Of a stretch of DNA of 64,000 nt, positions 26,201-34,200 are shown piece by piece (position 1 is the first letter of the stretch; each line of letters begins with the position of its first letter). Made by a program: the position numbers and the translations under genes. Source of the stretch: a virus. The notes under the pieces were generated by a model. That model was given only the letters and a program-made list of their open reading frames with translations, did no database searches and was not told the origin of the DNA. The DNA is taken from IMG/VR virus record IMGVR_UViG_3300046171_000138; one strand, written 5' to 3'.

Positions 26201-26304
26201 CTGATCGTCTTATTGGTGTTACAAGAGGTGTTGACAACACAACAGCAGCAGCACATACTGCTGGTCAGTTCATCAGAACTATCGGTCTAGAGACAACTCT
26301 CTAA
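17224..26304 (+). CDS. gp7: Baseplate wedge initiator gp7-like giant protein (3026 aa)
   Basis: Lies between gp6 and gp8; LIKNIGDFYKTKG, HSPILGYAYDGNPIYGP and DSNFYQDYSYVVRS...HPAGFKMFGEV motifs. Confidence 0.85.
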   Translation: MSTQISALIEDQLPGFIVSEYENFSSILEAYYRQQESVGQPLDIISNITKYRDVDFYEKNLLKESTTVALTVNASSTTLVVADASSFPEKNGYIRVGTEICFYKERTDTEFLDVSRGVSGTTILGDLHNESTFVSTSAVDHYVGEDVHNLSHLFLYAFVRAFEREYLVNFPEAYLKDDVDKRLLIKNIGDFYKTKGGNKSIRFIFNTIVSKRSDDIPTTYFPKDSTVKVSESDWSAVFAVQAIVLSGDANKLIGKTIIQQEDKNSIGSSYASANVENIIQIGKVGDYGLYNLIIDPVSVNGNFNIPQKTVLDRVLGTSLTTNDTITVDSTLGWSSQEGFVQINGEIIEYEGKTARQFVIKERGTVTRIHNVGDIVTSYSNVRSDDVSLLLYGILTKLSPDVVYPYSQTGDKIQISKPGFETRNTIIYDESSRSVRWKVNTTGAYASVPLNPGVGLPLQKYLADVSAVYQDGQYYYIATSSYPSTPILTGQDQPNLVDGNQLKLIPKTTSTTTEVYKTPFRDIGVFVDGSIAFGYKSEDQIAYGNIQSYTLTSRGSGYTKPPFVLINGEEQLALSTLVGDTVNSVFTRLDKNYTADPLVEIVSGRNGVAEAIVTSGEITSIRLINAGEYYSAPPVVVITDLAGKGRFAEFRATVDTKGKITGFEQVDGGKFYTQENVRVQIVEEARNNPAAATATIYRWVKDRYFNNSNFIDDNGGLAIKDLIENEFYYGVVANPKRLRFRLGDNLTPTQFQETPTLTHSPILGYAYDGNPIYGPYGYSNPLSDQSSIARMNSGYQLKSSRTDGPVDAPYDMGTFVDDYEWIATVDTGKTRLDVNNGRFCVTPEYPQGTYAYFVTIDATNTPAYPYILGENFYSLPVRSNYESKVTQRSIPITSERLFIPGTLKNGSEEIAYIDTVSKGFVNTVDIEDSQPTFQIGSRIYVDDSGTGGSGAAGIVASTFGKTVSGIESKETKAALLTSLSSFFAFEGDIITQETTGATGEVIRDISEENEIGVRNITGSFESGYEINSSTQVINLLLSQNSSYTLGETLALVLFEDPTTEIATGEILNQTIDQNSVRLKVTSGDFADYLNYNEGEVILKSSDLGNTAGTEIVIINQLSRDINITDVDESIAILETTENHDFGTGDIINITVDPDPATTETTYYVTKKKFQEITLLPNEYSAKVDDTGVGESTVLGLGKDYISGEYTDVPLVFANSALSRSDVVAAKASVSVDTANFDNSGNIGNITITSAGANYKADDILTIDPSAIAKVDAADSDISPILSMVYLNQTEVDSYAQKRFFVAEADYPTVVTALGTPGGFFQNDSGGTNLIYISKDDANFSITYFVADTEGEDLTTSDTISGVAITSVDIYSPPGSLKPQYRFEDDQGERNPDYEIRVGSTLTLQPMPGHAVHVVSDIELGLKDDGRAQFTVDYTVAAGVTNSGSVTDPIVFVPTVPGVYQYVCVTHPEARGTITVYPAPSAAGPLINVDAVGFGVDRTDVNVTNTFAASVDDLVSIGNEIIKITAVDTDNKNISVARAQEGTIKVNHSNDKELVSYLPNYRFAEGTRIGTGVNAPVVVSYNKETKKLIVNWDYNATSPVALTTVSSIVDTSSPQKIVTVGSVGDVVDKLLFSTDNTSFLTNPIVDIQKYYFYKFDVSHPSMLNSYLDISTSPNFNVFTEEKEVGLNEPGNAGAFVRIRLGYGANIGEQTRKDVNFTSYYYFLTSSTTDTEGSYLRIVDDPLSGRKEVAYTTDKKVVYKLSDVPQYDGTGEIRYTGRSVGKIHSIKLDNLGSEYDKLPIIKGVVPADGYKAVVTAIRDIATNNIISIDIVTPGQGYSKPEVVVASGLGSGLKAIADVKDGIITQVRITDPGNYTTTPELEIIETDNKMFFVSDNIGRPQNVNFVRNGSGFHSDSTIRSNYYSPNVFILDSFDLDAFRPGETIEQKVNGIIVAQGIVAQNGWRVGSNILRLEDIVGVFKEGQTIIGKSRKKTARIKTISRSSFIPNIVTREKTIGRFTSDRGKVSSSNQRIHDSNFYQDYSYVVRSRTPINQWRDVIKDTTHPAGFKMFGEVYLESEGVSNMPSSQKAFKSTMYLCGPPLAVSSLSTKRTIQQQVIKVKDSRVVRGEGSVSVSDFDETLTRVRELKLSPAFDGRYDPQTGLKIGNKQFTITDAATGTAYTPYNEQEILMTIDGIAQRPGYSFKVVGNQLSFFEPPLGPRVTEDQLVPPQNAYIRAFKFREDTDNARYLKRLKNIADSFDGRTRIFDLNWEDGSVVKTQVNEDLFVYLDGVLQQGSYEIRRFSSANKTDRIAFVKAPKNYKDLYDADAFPQELQNETYFYGFGVGLYERLGIDKRIVPYTQNNQYLIYDSNNNVKTIDNPLYAYVYVDGVLQKQDLSYKINGASITFMQPLEYSEQADGSYTCARVDIIRLYGKNYQSTLNIFNYEQDAFYNRATVTFDGVGTYDTMSSWYVLNTSDRTSVVQGDRVWGELISIQKGTGNQWIAVLKSQNIDFVAGSDVTFDRFDGDPLTISFTDFSIAYTTNVAGERILNRVEANYIPFLPTNDSFDSYDYRGEILKEHPTLRRGDKIMIDGESEYRNIISSPLFAKTTDYRKGGNASANFFAKVASSDYNGDVLGEGLSVTTTIDTGKVTSLNWNRRELTYFFQNSILINPTAYNYNTPPVLNFIPTNGEGGGARAQVLVYGGQIIDIILVDGGSGYTAPPRVVISRGYNILRENNHPEFSLIRTIFGGQGEGLNATIQTTSSVIDLYRRNLLEHVAIIQSPNPLGTARLIGRRMDLVTPEIGMGIPSEQDIIKRIQCVVATQSPAAIEQPTFIRVFLEVEDIGFASFRADKTRYFNSGVIALDENPVTYPQFYSQGKLGGTVASFIDYLYIDVGYANVSGITLEQLELTYTQFKGISEGVDTWMDNMALNNTSLTTDGTLFNPGIPSIQELMSYLDAPLTASSIVIYIPDTTNFPDSGKLLVGKELVTYTSKLSDRLIGVTRGVDNTTAAAHTAGQFIRTIGLETTL

Positions 26305-26312
26305 AAACACCG

Positions 26313-26326
26313 TATAAATATAAATA
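26313..26326 (+). promoter_or_regulatory. T4-type late promoter, two overlapping TATAAATA copies
   Basis: TATAAATATAAATA upstream of gp8. Confidence 0.8.
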
Positions 26327-26359
26327 ACACAGAAATCCAACCCGTATCTCTTAATTTCA

Positions 26360-28225
26360 ATGGCTGCTATTATCTCGGAAAAGTTTAGAATTTTTAATGC
26401 AAAGCAGTTCCTAGAGTCTCTTACTGAAGGCGCTAGTGATACTGGTGCCGACCGAAGTCGTATGTACTTCTTTGTCGGCCGACCCCAAGCATGGGATTCA
26501 TATCTAGAAGTTTACGCAACAGATGGCGGATCTTTTACCGCTGGTAATCAGGTATATGTAGGTGCCGCACTAGGTTCTGCTACATTCAAAGGGACTATCG
26601 CAAAGGTTTGTCCTAATAGTCTACTAATTCAATCAGTTGGTCCTCTTCCAACTGCTGCTCCTGCTTTGGGGTCAGCACTAAAAGAGTCTGATGGTTCGGC
26701 AGATACGGGTGTTACCGCAACCACAGGTGTCTACAGATATTCTACAGAGAACGTTCCTCCTGTACCCCTTGACAACCAAACCGAGAAATTTAGCGTTTAC
26801 GACGATATTATTGCAGCAAAAAGAATTACTTCTTCTTATGCAAGATCTGTTGTAAGAAGATACAACTGGGATACAGCAAACAATCCCAAGTTTGATATGT
26901 GGAAACCAAATTATTCAGCTACCCCAGCTGGTGGTGGACAGATTGGTGTTTCTACTGCTACGGGTGCAACTGGCATTGGTTCTTCAAAGTTCTATGTAAT
27001 GAATCAGAACTATGAAGTATTCAAGTGCCTTTATAATGGTGAAAGCATCGCTAACCCAACTGGTGTTAACGTAGTTCATGAACCAAAGACCAACCCTTCA
27101 GCAGGTCTAGGTACATATGCTGCTGGAATCTTTACTGCTCCTGATGCTTCTTACATCTGGAAGTACATGTATACCATGCCTACCGATGATGTACTAGCAT
27201 TCCTTTCTTCTGACTTCATGCCTATTGCTGCAGCAGGAGAAACATCTAGAGTTGCAACTGAAACTGCTGCTGTTGCTGGTTCTATTAACGTCGCTCTTAT
27301 CAAAGATGCTGGCACAGGTCTTACCAACGGTACTTTCTATGCTCCTATCATGGGAGACGGTTCTGGTGGTGTTGTCAAACTAACAGTTGCTGCTGGCGCT
27401 ATTTCTGCTGCAGAACTTGAAGTAGCAGGATCTGGTTACACTTATGCATCTGTTCCAGTTGTAACTGGTGTTCCTTCTGGAGTTTCTGGAAGCACTGAAG
27501 CAATTGGTCTCTTTACTGATACAGCATTGACCGTATCTCAAGCAGTTGCAGGAACGTCATCTGCAGCACTAGAGGTCATTCTTCCTCCTCAAGGTGGTCA
27601 CGGATCCGACTTTGAAACTGAACTTAATACAAAGCGTGTCATGACGAATATTCGTCTCACCTTTGTTGAGAATGCTGGTGACTTCCCTGTAGATAACGAC
27701 TTCCGTCGTATCGGTATTATCAAGGATCCTCTTGAGTACGGTACAACTACCTTCGCTACAGCAGATACTCTTTCTGGTCTAAAGTCAGTTAAATTGACTG
27801 GAGCAACTGGAAACTTTACTCCAGATGAGATGATCTCCCAGACCGTTGCTGGTGGTACTGCAATGGGCACTGTAGTCTCTTGGACCCTAGATGCTGGATC
27901 TCCAACTCCAACACCAGGAACCCCTGGTAGCGGCGTTCTGAAGTATATCCAGAGTCCAGAGTATCATACAGATGGTAACGGAATCGTAAGAGACTTCGCA
28001 TCTGATGCTGCAAATGCAATCACTGGTGCTGCTTCTGCTTCACAAGGAACAGTTGAAGTTGCCTTGGCAGATGGAACTCAATTGGTGGGTGCTATCTTTA
28101 CTGATGGTCTTGCATCTCCAGAGATTGAAAACAACTCGGGAGACCTCATATACATAGAGAACAGAAGACTAATCACTAGAGCAGCTGACCAAATTGAGGA
28201 TATCAAGTTAGTCATCGAATTCTGA
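26360..28225 (+). CDS. gp8: Baseplate wedge subunit gp8
   Basis: MAAIISEKFRIFNAKQF, YxWKYMY and GDLIYIENRRLITRAADQIEDIKLVIEF termini. Confidence 0.93.
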   Translation: MAAIISEKFRIFNAKQFLESLTEGASDTGADRSRMYFFVGRPQAWDSYLEVYATDGGSFTAGNQVYVGAALGSATFKGTIAKVCPNSLLIQSVGPLPTAAPALGSALKESDGSADTGVTATTGVYRYSTENVPPVPLDNQTEKFSVYDDIIAAKRITSSYARSVVRRYNWDTANNPKFDMWKPNYSATPAGGGQIGVSTATGATGIGSSKFYVMNQNYEVFKCLYNGESIANPTGVNVVHEPKTNPSAGLGTYAAGIFTAPDASYIWKYMYTMPTDDVLAFLSSDFMPIAAAGETSRVATETAAVAGSINVALIKDAGTGLTNGTFYAPIMGDGSGGVVKLTVAAGAISAAELEVAGSGYTYASVPVVTGVPSGVSGSTEAIGLFTDTALTVSQAVAGTSSAALEVILPPQGGHGSDFETELNTKRVMTNIRLTFVENAGDFPVDNDFRRIGIIKDPLEYGTTTFATADTLSGLKSVKLTGATGNFTPDEMISQTVAGGTAMGTVVSWTLDAGSPTPTPGTPGSGVLKYIQSPEYHTDGNGIVRDFASDAANAITGAASASQGTVEVALADGTQLVGAIFTDGLASPEIENNSGDLIYIENRRLITRAADQIEDIKLVIEF

Positions 28226-28258
28226 TTATAAACGAAAACAAGACGGTAGTTTAATACA

Positions 28259-31200
28259 ATGCCACAGAAGACTAATCTTAAAGCCGCACCATATTTTGAC
28301 GACTACGATTCTGGGAACGACTTCTATAAGGTATTATTCAGACCTTCCTATCCTGTTCAAGGGAGGGAGCTGAATACTACCCAGTCGATCCTACAGAATC
28401 AGATTGAAAGTTATGGTAAATATGCTTTCAAACAGGGCGACCTAGTTGTCCCTGGTGAAGTTGGTCTGAATAAAAAACTTGACTTTGTAAAACTATCGTC
28501 TGTTTCTGAAGTTGCTGTAAGTGTAGATGACGAAATCATTTACCAAAAATATGATATCAATAATCTAATTGGTCAAAAGATCAATGGATTATCTTCTGGT
28601 GTTGTTGCTCTTGTACAATCTATTGTAAGTGCAACCGATAATAATGCCGACACTCTTTACGTAAAATATTTAAATGCTGGTGATGGAGGAAACGAAGAAA
28701 GGTTCCGTCAAGGAGAAACGCTCGAAGTTGTGGATGGCATTAACAGCCCTCTTCTCGTTGTTGGCACTGACGGCAGTGTTCTACCTACTAGCGTTGCGGT
28801 AACCGACCCAGACACACAAGTTACTACATTTGTAGAAAGTGGTGCCATGGGATTTGCTTCTGCTGTACAAGTAGAAGAAGGTGTATATTTTGTTAATGGA
28901 TATTTTGTAAGAAATTCTGCCGATTTAATTGTTGTTGATGGTTATAGTGACAATCCTTCTGTAAAAGTTGGTTTTAAGGTTACTGAAACTCTAGTAACTC
29001 CAGAAGAAGATCCCACACTATATGATAATGCATTTGGATCTTCCAACTATGCTGCTCCTGGAGCACATCGTCTAAAAATTAGTTTAAGTCTAGTACGATA
29101 TTCTTTTGAAGAAACTACAGACAAGAATTTTATTCAACTTCTTTCTATTAAGAATGGAGTTATCCAAAAGCAGGTAAGACAAGCTGCATATAATACACTT
29201 GAGAATACTCTTGCTAGAAGAACTTATGACGAGTCTGGTGACTATGTTGTAGATTCTTTTGACTTTGACATCAGAGAGTTTTATCAAAGACCAGGTAATC
29301 GCGGTGTATATGCACCAGGTGTCAATGGACTTATTGGTCCTAACGGATTGAGTGCTTCTGAAGCAGCGAATACGATGGTTGCTACTATCGGACCTGGTAA
29401 AGCATATGTCCGTGGTTTTGAGATTGTCAATAAAGAAACAAAGTATATTGACGTTGATAAAGCGAGAGATACGCTTTCTAGAGACAATGTAACAATCAAG
29501 TCGAACGGTCTCGCATCGTTTACTATTACCAATGTATTCAACACTCTTCCTCTTAATGCCGAAGGTGCTGATCTAACTGCATATCCAACTATCTTCCTAA
29601 ACTCCACATATAATGATGGAGTCAATGGTAGCAATGATCTAGAGTCTTCTACTGACTACATCCAAACTATCGAAAGAAGAGGTCTTGGATATGGAAAAGA
29701 TGATGCTATCAAGACTATCTACTTGCAAGCAGCAATTGATCTAGGTCTTATTGATGAGTCAAGTATTGAACCAAATACTCCTTCTAATAAAGCAGATATC
29801 AAAACTCTCTACTTTGTTTCTTCTAGAACTTCTGCTAATGGTGTAGCGTCTACCGAATCCGTAAAAGTTCTTTCTTTTGCAAAAGTAACCAGACCAGAAG
29901 TTGGAGATGTTAACGCACAGTATTTGCAATTAACTGTTCTTGGTAGAAAAGATTTTCTAGATAATCTCTTCCTTGAGTATGATGATAATGTATCCACAAA
30001 AAGAAGATTCCTTTATAAGTCTTTAGCAGAAGTTCAGCAAGAGATTAATGATGTAGGTTACATTGTTGACTATAGCAATACTATTGTACCTTTGGTTGGT
30101 ATAGCAAAACCAAAAGATGTCAGCCTAGTTGGCAGACCTGATGGATTTAATGCAGATACCGATATTGTTATTTCTCGCGGTAAACTTGCTGATGGAACAG
30201 CAATTTACAATGGTAAATTTAATCTATCCTATTTCAATCCAGTATTCTTTACTCGTTTGCTTGTAGATTCTACTATTAGCAACGGATTTGCACCTGGTAA
30301 ATATATCACAGGTTCTACCAGCGGTGCCTATGGGGTTGTAGAAGGCAATACAAATGGATTCTTGTCTCTTGGTAAGAGTCTTTACGTTAAGACTTTGTAC
30401 GGGACCTTCTTGCCTGGTGAGACAATTACAAGTGAAGAGGGAGATCTCCTACGTATTGCAGGTGAAAATACTATTTCTCACTTTGTTGTTTCTAGACAAG
30501 GGACTGGATATACTGCTGGATCCAGAGTTTCTGTCAATGGCACTCGCTTCGAGCTTAAAGATGTCAATGTAGGCATCAATGGTGGAACACTTTATAAGAT
30601 CGAAATTTTAAATAGAGATGTTTTGCAGACAGAATATTCTGCACCTCCAACTATTGACATTGAAGGAACTAGTACGATTGTTGCTAATGTTATTCCTGTT
30701 CTATTCAAGAACACTGTTCTGACTTATACAGCACAGAATGTTAAGTCTCTATATTCAGAGTTTGGATCTTCCAGTAAGTTCTCTGCTGATATCGAAACTC
30801 AAGATACAGAATTCTCCGAAACAAAAGCTGTAACCCAATACACATTTAGTGGAACTAAAGGTTACAAATATATTGAGTGTAATGGATTTGGTGCAGATGC
30901 ATCACTCATGCTCGTCCAAGGTGACGTTATTCAATTTAATGATGATACTGGTAGACTAAACAAATTTATTGTAGATCTAGTAACTATTCCAAAAGGAACT
31001 GATAAGTCCAGAATTTATTTCAACAGTGCCCTGCCTGATACAGTAACATCAGTAGCTGTTGTTAGATTGCGTCCTATTATTACAAATGGAACCACATCTA
31101 CACTTCTGTTCCCAACTGGTAGTAAAGAAGTTGGTAGTCTTGTCAAGTCCACAGAAGACACCAAGATTAGTTATTACATCAGAAGAGATTTTGTAACTAC

Positions 31201-34200
31201 TGGTAGTGACAATGGTGGCAACATTACATTTGCTGCTCAATTAGATTTTGGTACACAGAGATTTGTTCCTTTCACAGAAAAAGATTTCCTAATCACTGTT
31301 CTAGACAAGGGTGGTTCTGATCTAGTTGAAACTGGTGATGTTGTTTATGTGTCTCCAGATTTTGTCAGCATCCTTAATACTACTGACGCTACATCTGGTC
31401 TATCTTCTGGTAGTATCACACTTACCTTCCCTGGTAACTATTTTGGTAATAATGTAACTAACTTCCCCAAACTGAAGTTGACTGCTACCATTGAAGTTTC
31501 TAAAGGTAGACCCAAGCTCAAGACAGCAATTAAAAACAAGAGAGTTGTCATCACCTCTGCTGGCGATCAGGTATTGCCTCTACGTGGTCTTGATTACGAT
31601 AGTGACAGCAGTGAAGTTCTATCTTACTCCGATGTATTTAAAGTAAGATACATTTACGAAGGGTCTACATCTGCTCCTCCAACAGTTGACGTTAATGGTA
31701 ATCTGGTTGTTGGTACTGATCTAACTGATAGATTTACTTTTGATGATGGACAGAGAGATACATTCTATGATGTATCTAGAATTGTACTAAAACCTGGTTT
31801 TACTCCACCTACAGGACAAGTAGTTGTAGCATTTGATTACTTCGAGCATTCTCAAGGTGACTTCTATACAGTTGACTCATATATTCATGAGGCAGGTGTT
31901 GTAGCAGATGAGATCCCTGATTTCAACTCTGCCGTCCATGGTAACTTGAGTTTGAAGAACGTCATTGACTTCAGACCGAAGGTAGACTCTACTGCTATTA
32001 TCACTGGTTTCCAAGATACTTCATTACTCTCACAAGCAGAATACATCAACTTTATTGGTGCAGGTGGTTCTGTATCCAGTACACCATCTTCTGCTAGATC
32101 TCTACCATATACTATTTCCTTTACTGAATCACAGTATCTGGATAGAATTGATGGTGTATTCCTGAACAAGAAAGGTGAGTTTATTATCAAGCAAGGTAAT
32201 TCTTCACTTAACCCAAGCAAGCCAGAAATCATTGAGGATGGTATTCCTCTCTACTATATCTTTATTCCTGCATTCACCAAGTCGAGCAAAGATGTAAGAA
32301 TCACTTCTGTTGATAATCGTCGTTTTACGATGCGTGACATCGGCAAACTAGAGAAGCGTATTGAGCGTCTTGAGTATTACACCACGTTGAGCATTCTTGA
32401 GCAACAAGCTCTCAACATGCAAGTTAAAGATACTCTAGGTATTGATAAGACCAAGAGTGGATTCCTAGTTGATAACTACGAGACTCATGCTGTAGGTAAT
32501 GTCAAATCTATTGATTATCTGTGTTCTATCGATGCACAACAATCTGTATTGAGACCACAGTCCAAAGAGGATAATTTTGCACTAAAGGAAGTTAACACAA
32601 GATCCGACCAAAGAAGAATTGCTGGGTATACTAATTCTAATGGTGTTATAACACTACCGTTCTCTAATGTTTCATATGCAAATAATGATTTTGCTACAAA
32701 AACTTTAAATCCAAACCCATTTGTTGTCCTACAATATGTGGGTGATGCTGCTGTTCATCCTAATGTTGATCAGTGGTACAATGACACTGTGGCACCTTTA
32801 GTTACAGATAACAATACCAATTTGTTCTCTGTATTCCTTGGTAAGCAAGATGTTCGTGTTGCATTCTCAAGTATCTATAATTCGTTTATTATTAACTGGG
32901 TTGGTGTAGATAAGTCATTCTACAACCTGAAGAGTTTTGCTGAAAATAATACTAGAACTGCAGAGGCAACTGTGCAGAGTGCGACTACATCAACTTCTTC
33001 TAATATCAGTCCACAAAATAATGAGATTGCGAAGGGTGTAGGATACAAAACTATTAATGGTACTAATGTAGCAAATGCTCTTAAGTTCTTTGCTAGATCT
33101 ATCCCAATCAAATTTATCATTAGAAGAATGAAGCCAAAGACACAATTGAGTGTCTTTATGGAGAAGAGAGACATTGGACGATGGGTTAATCCAGACTCTA
33201 GATTTACAGGTATTGCAGGAAACTCTCTAACGGTATTCAGTGGCAATATTACTACCGATGAGTATGGTAATGCTAGTGGAATTATTCTAGTCCCATCAGG
33301 ATATGCTCCAAAGGAAAACACTTCTTGGACAGGTGATGTCAATACAGTGATTATGGATGACACTTCAGAAGAATTGTATTTCTCTACAGGTGCAAAAACA
33401 ATTAGATTTACTTCTAGTTCTAGTGACTCTGATATCACTACTGTGGATTCTTTCGCAGAAGTTAAGTTCTATGCTACAGGTCTTCTACCCGAAGCACCTG
33501 TGTCCATCATCTCTACAGCACCTGCTATTTTCAAGGCAAACGAGGGCGTTCAAACTATTGATAGCAATACAGAGAATAGTGCAAGACCAAATCCAATGGC
33601 ACAGACTTTCACTGTGGAAAACTTTGAAGGTGGTATGTTTACAACTGGTGTTGATCTATTCTTCAATAAGAAGAGTTCAACTATTCCTTTGAGAGTCTAC
33701 GTCACTAATGTAGAGAGTGGCAAACCTGGCAAGTATATTCTACCTGGAACTCAAACCACTCTATATCCTGATACTTTTATCAAGGTATATTCTTCTGGAA
33801 ACATCACTATTAAAAAGGACGAGTCAATAACTGGTAGACAGAGCCTTGCGTCTGGTCCTATTGCTAAAATTTTGGATAGAAATAACTTTGAAGTTGTTCC
33901 TTCTTCTAATGGAGACATCTTCCTCACTAATGAGCAAGTATATACATTTGTATTGAGTAATCACAATGGCAGTTCTTTTATTGCTAATGAAGATCTGACT
34001 TTAAATTCTGTAACCACATACAACAATGCAAACAATGCCACTATTGGATTGAAGATCGCAAAAGACTCTGGTCGTGTATCTAAACTCAATATTACCAATC
34101 TTGGATCTGGATACGAAAGTGCAACTATTACTATAGAGAGTCCTCAACTACCTGGTGGTAGTAATGCTACTGGATCTGTTAAAGTCTCTGGCGGTCAAAT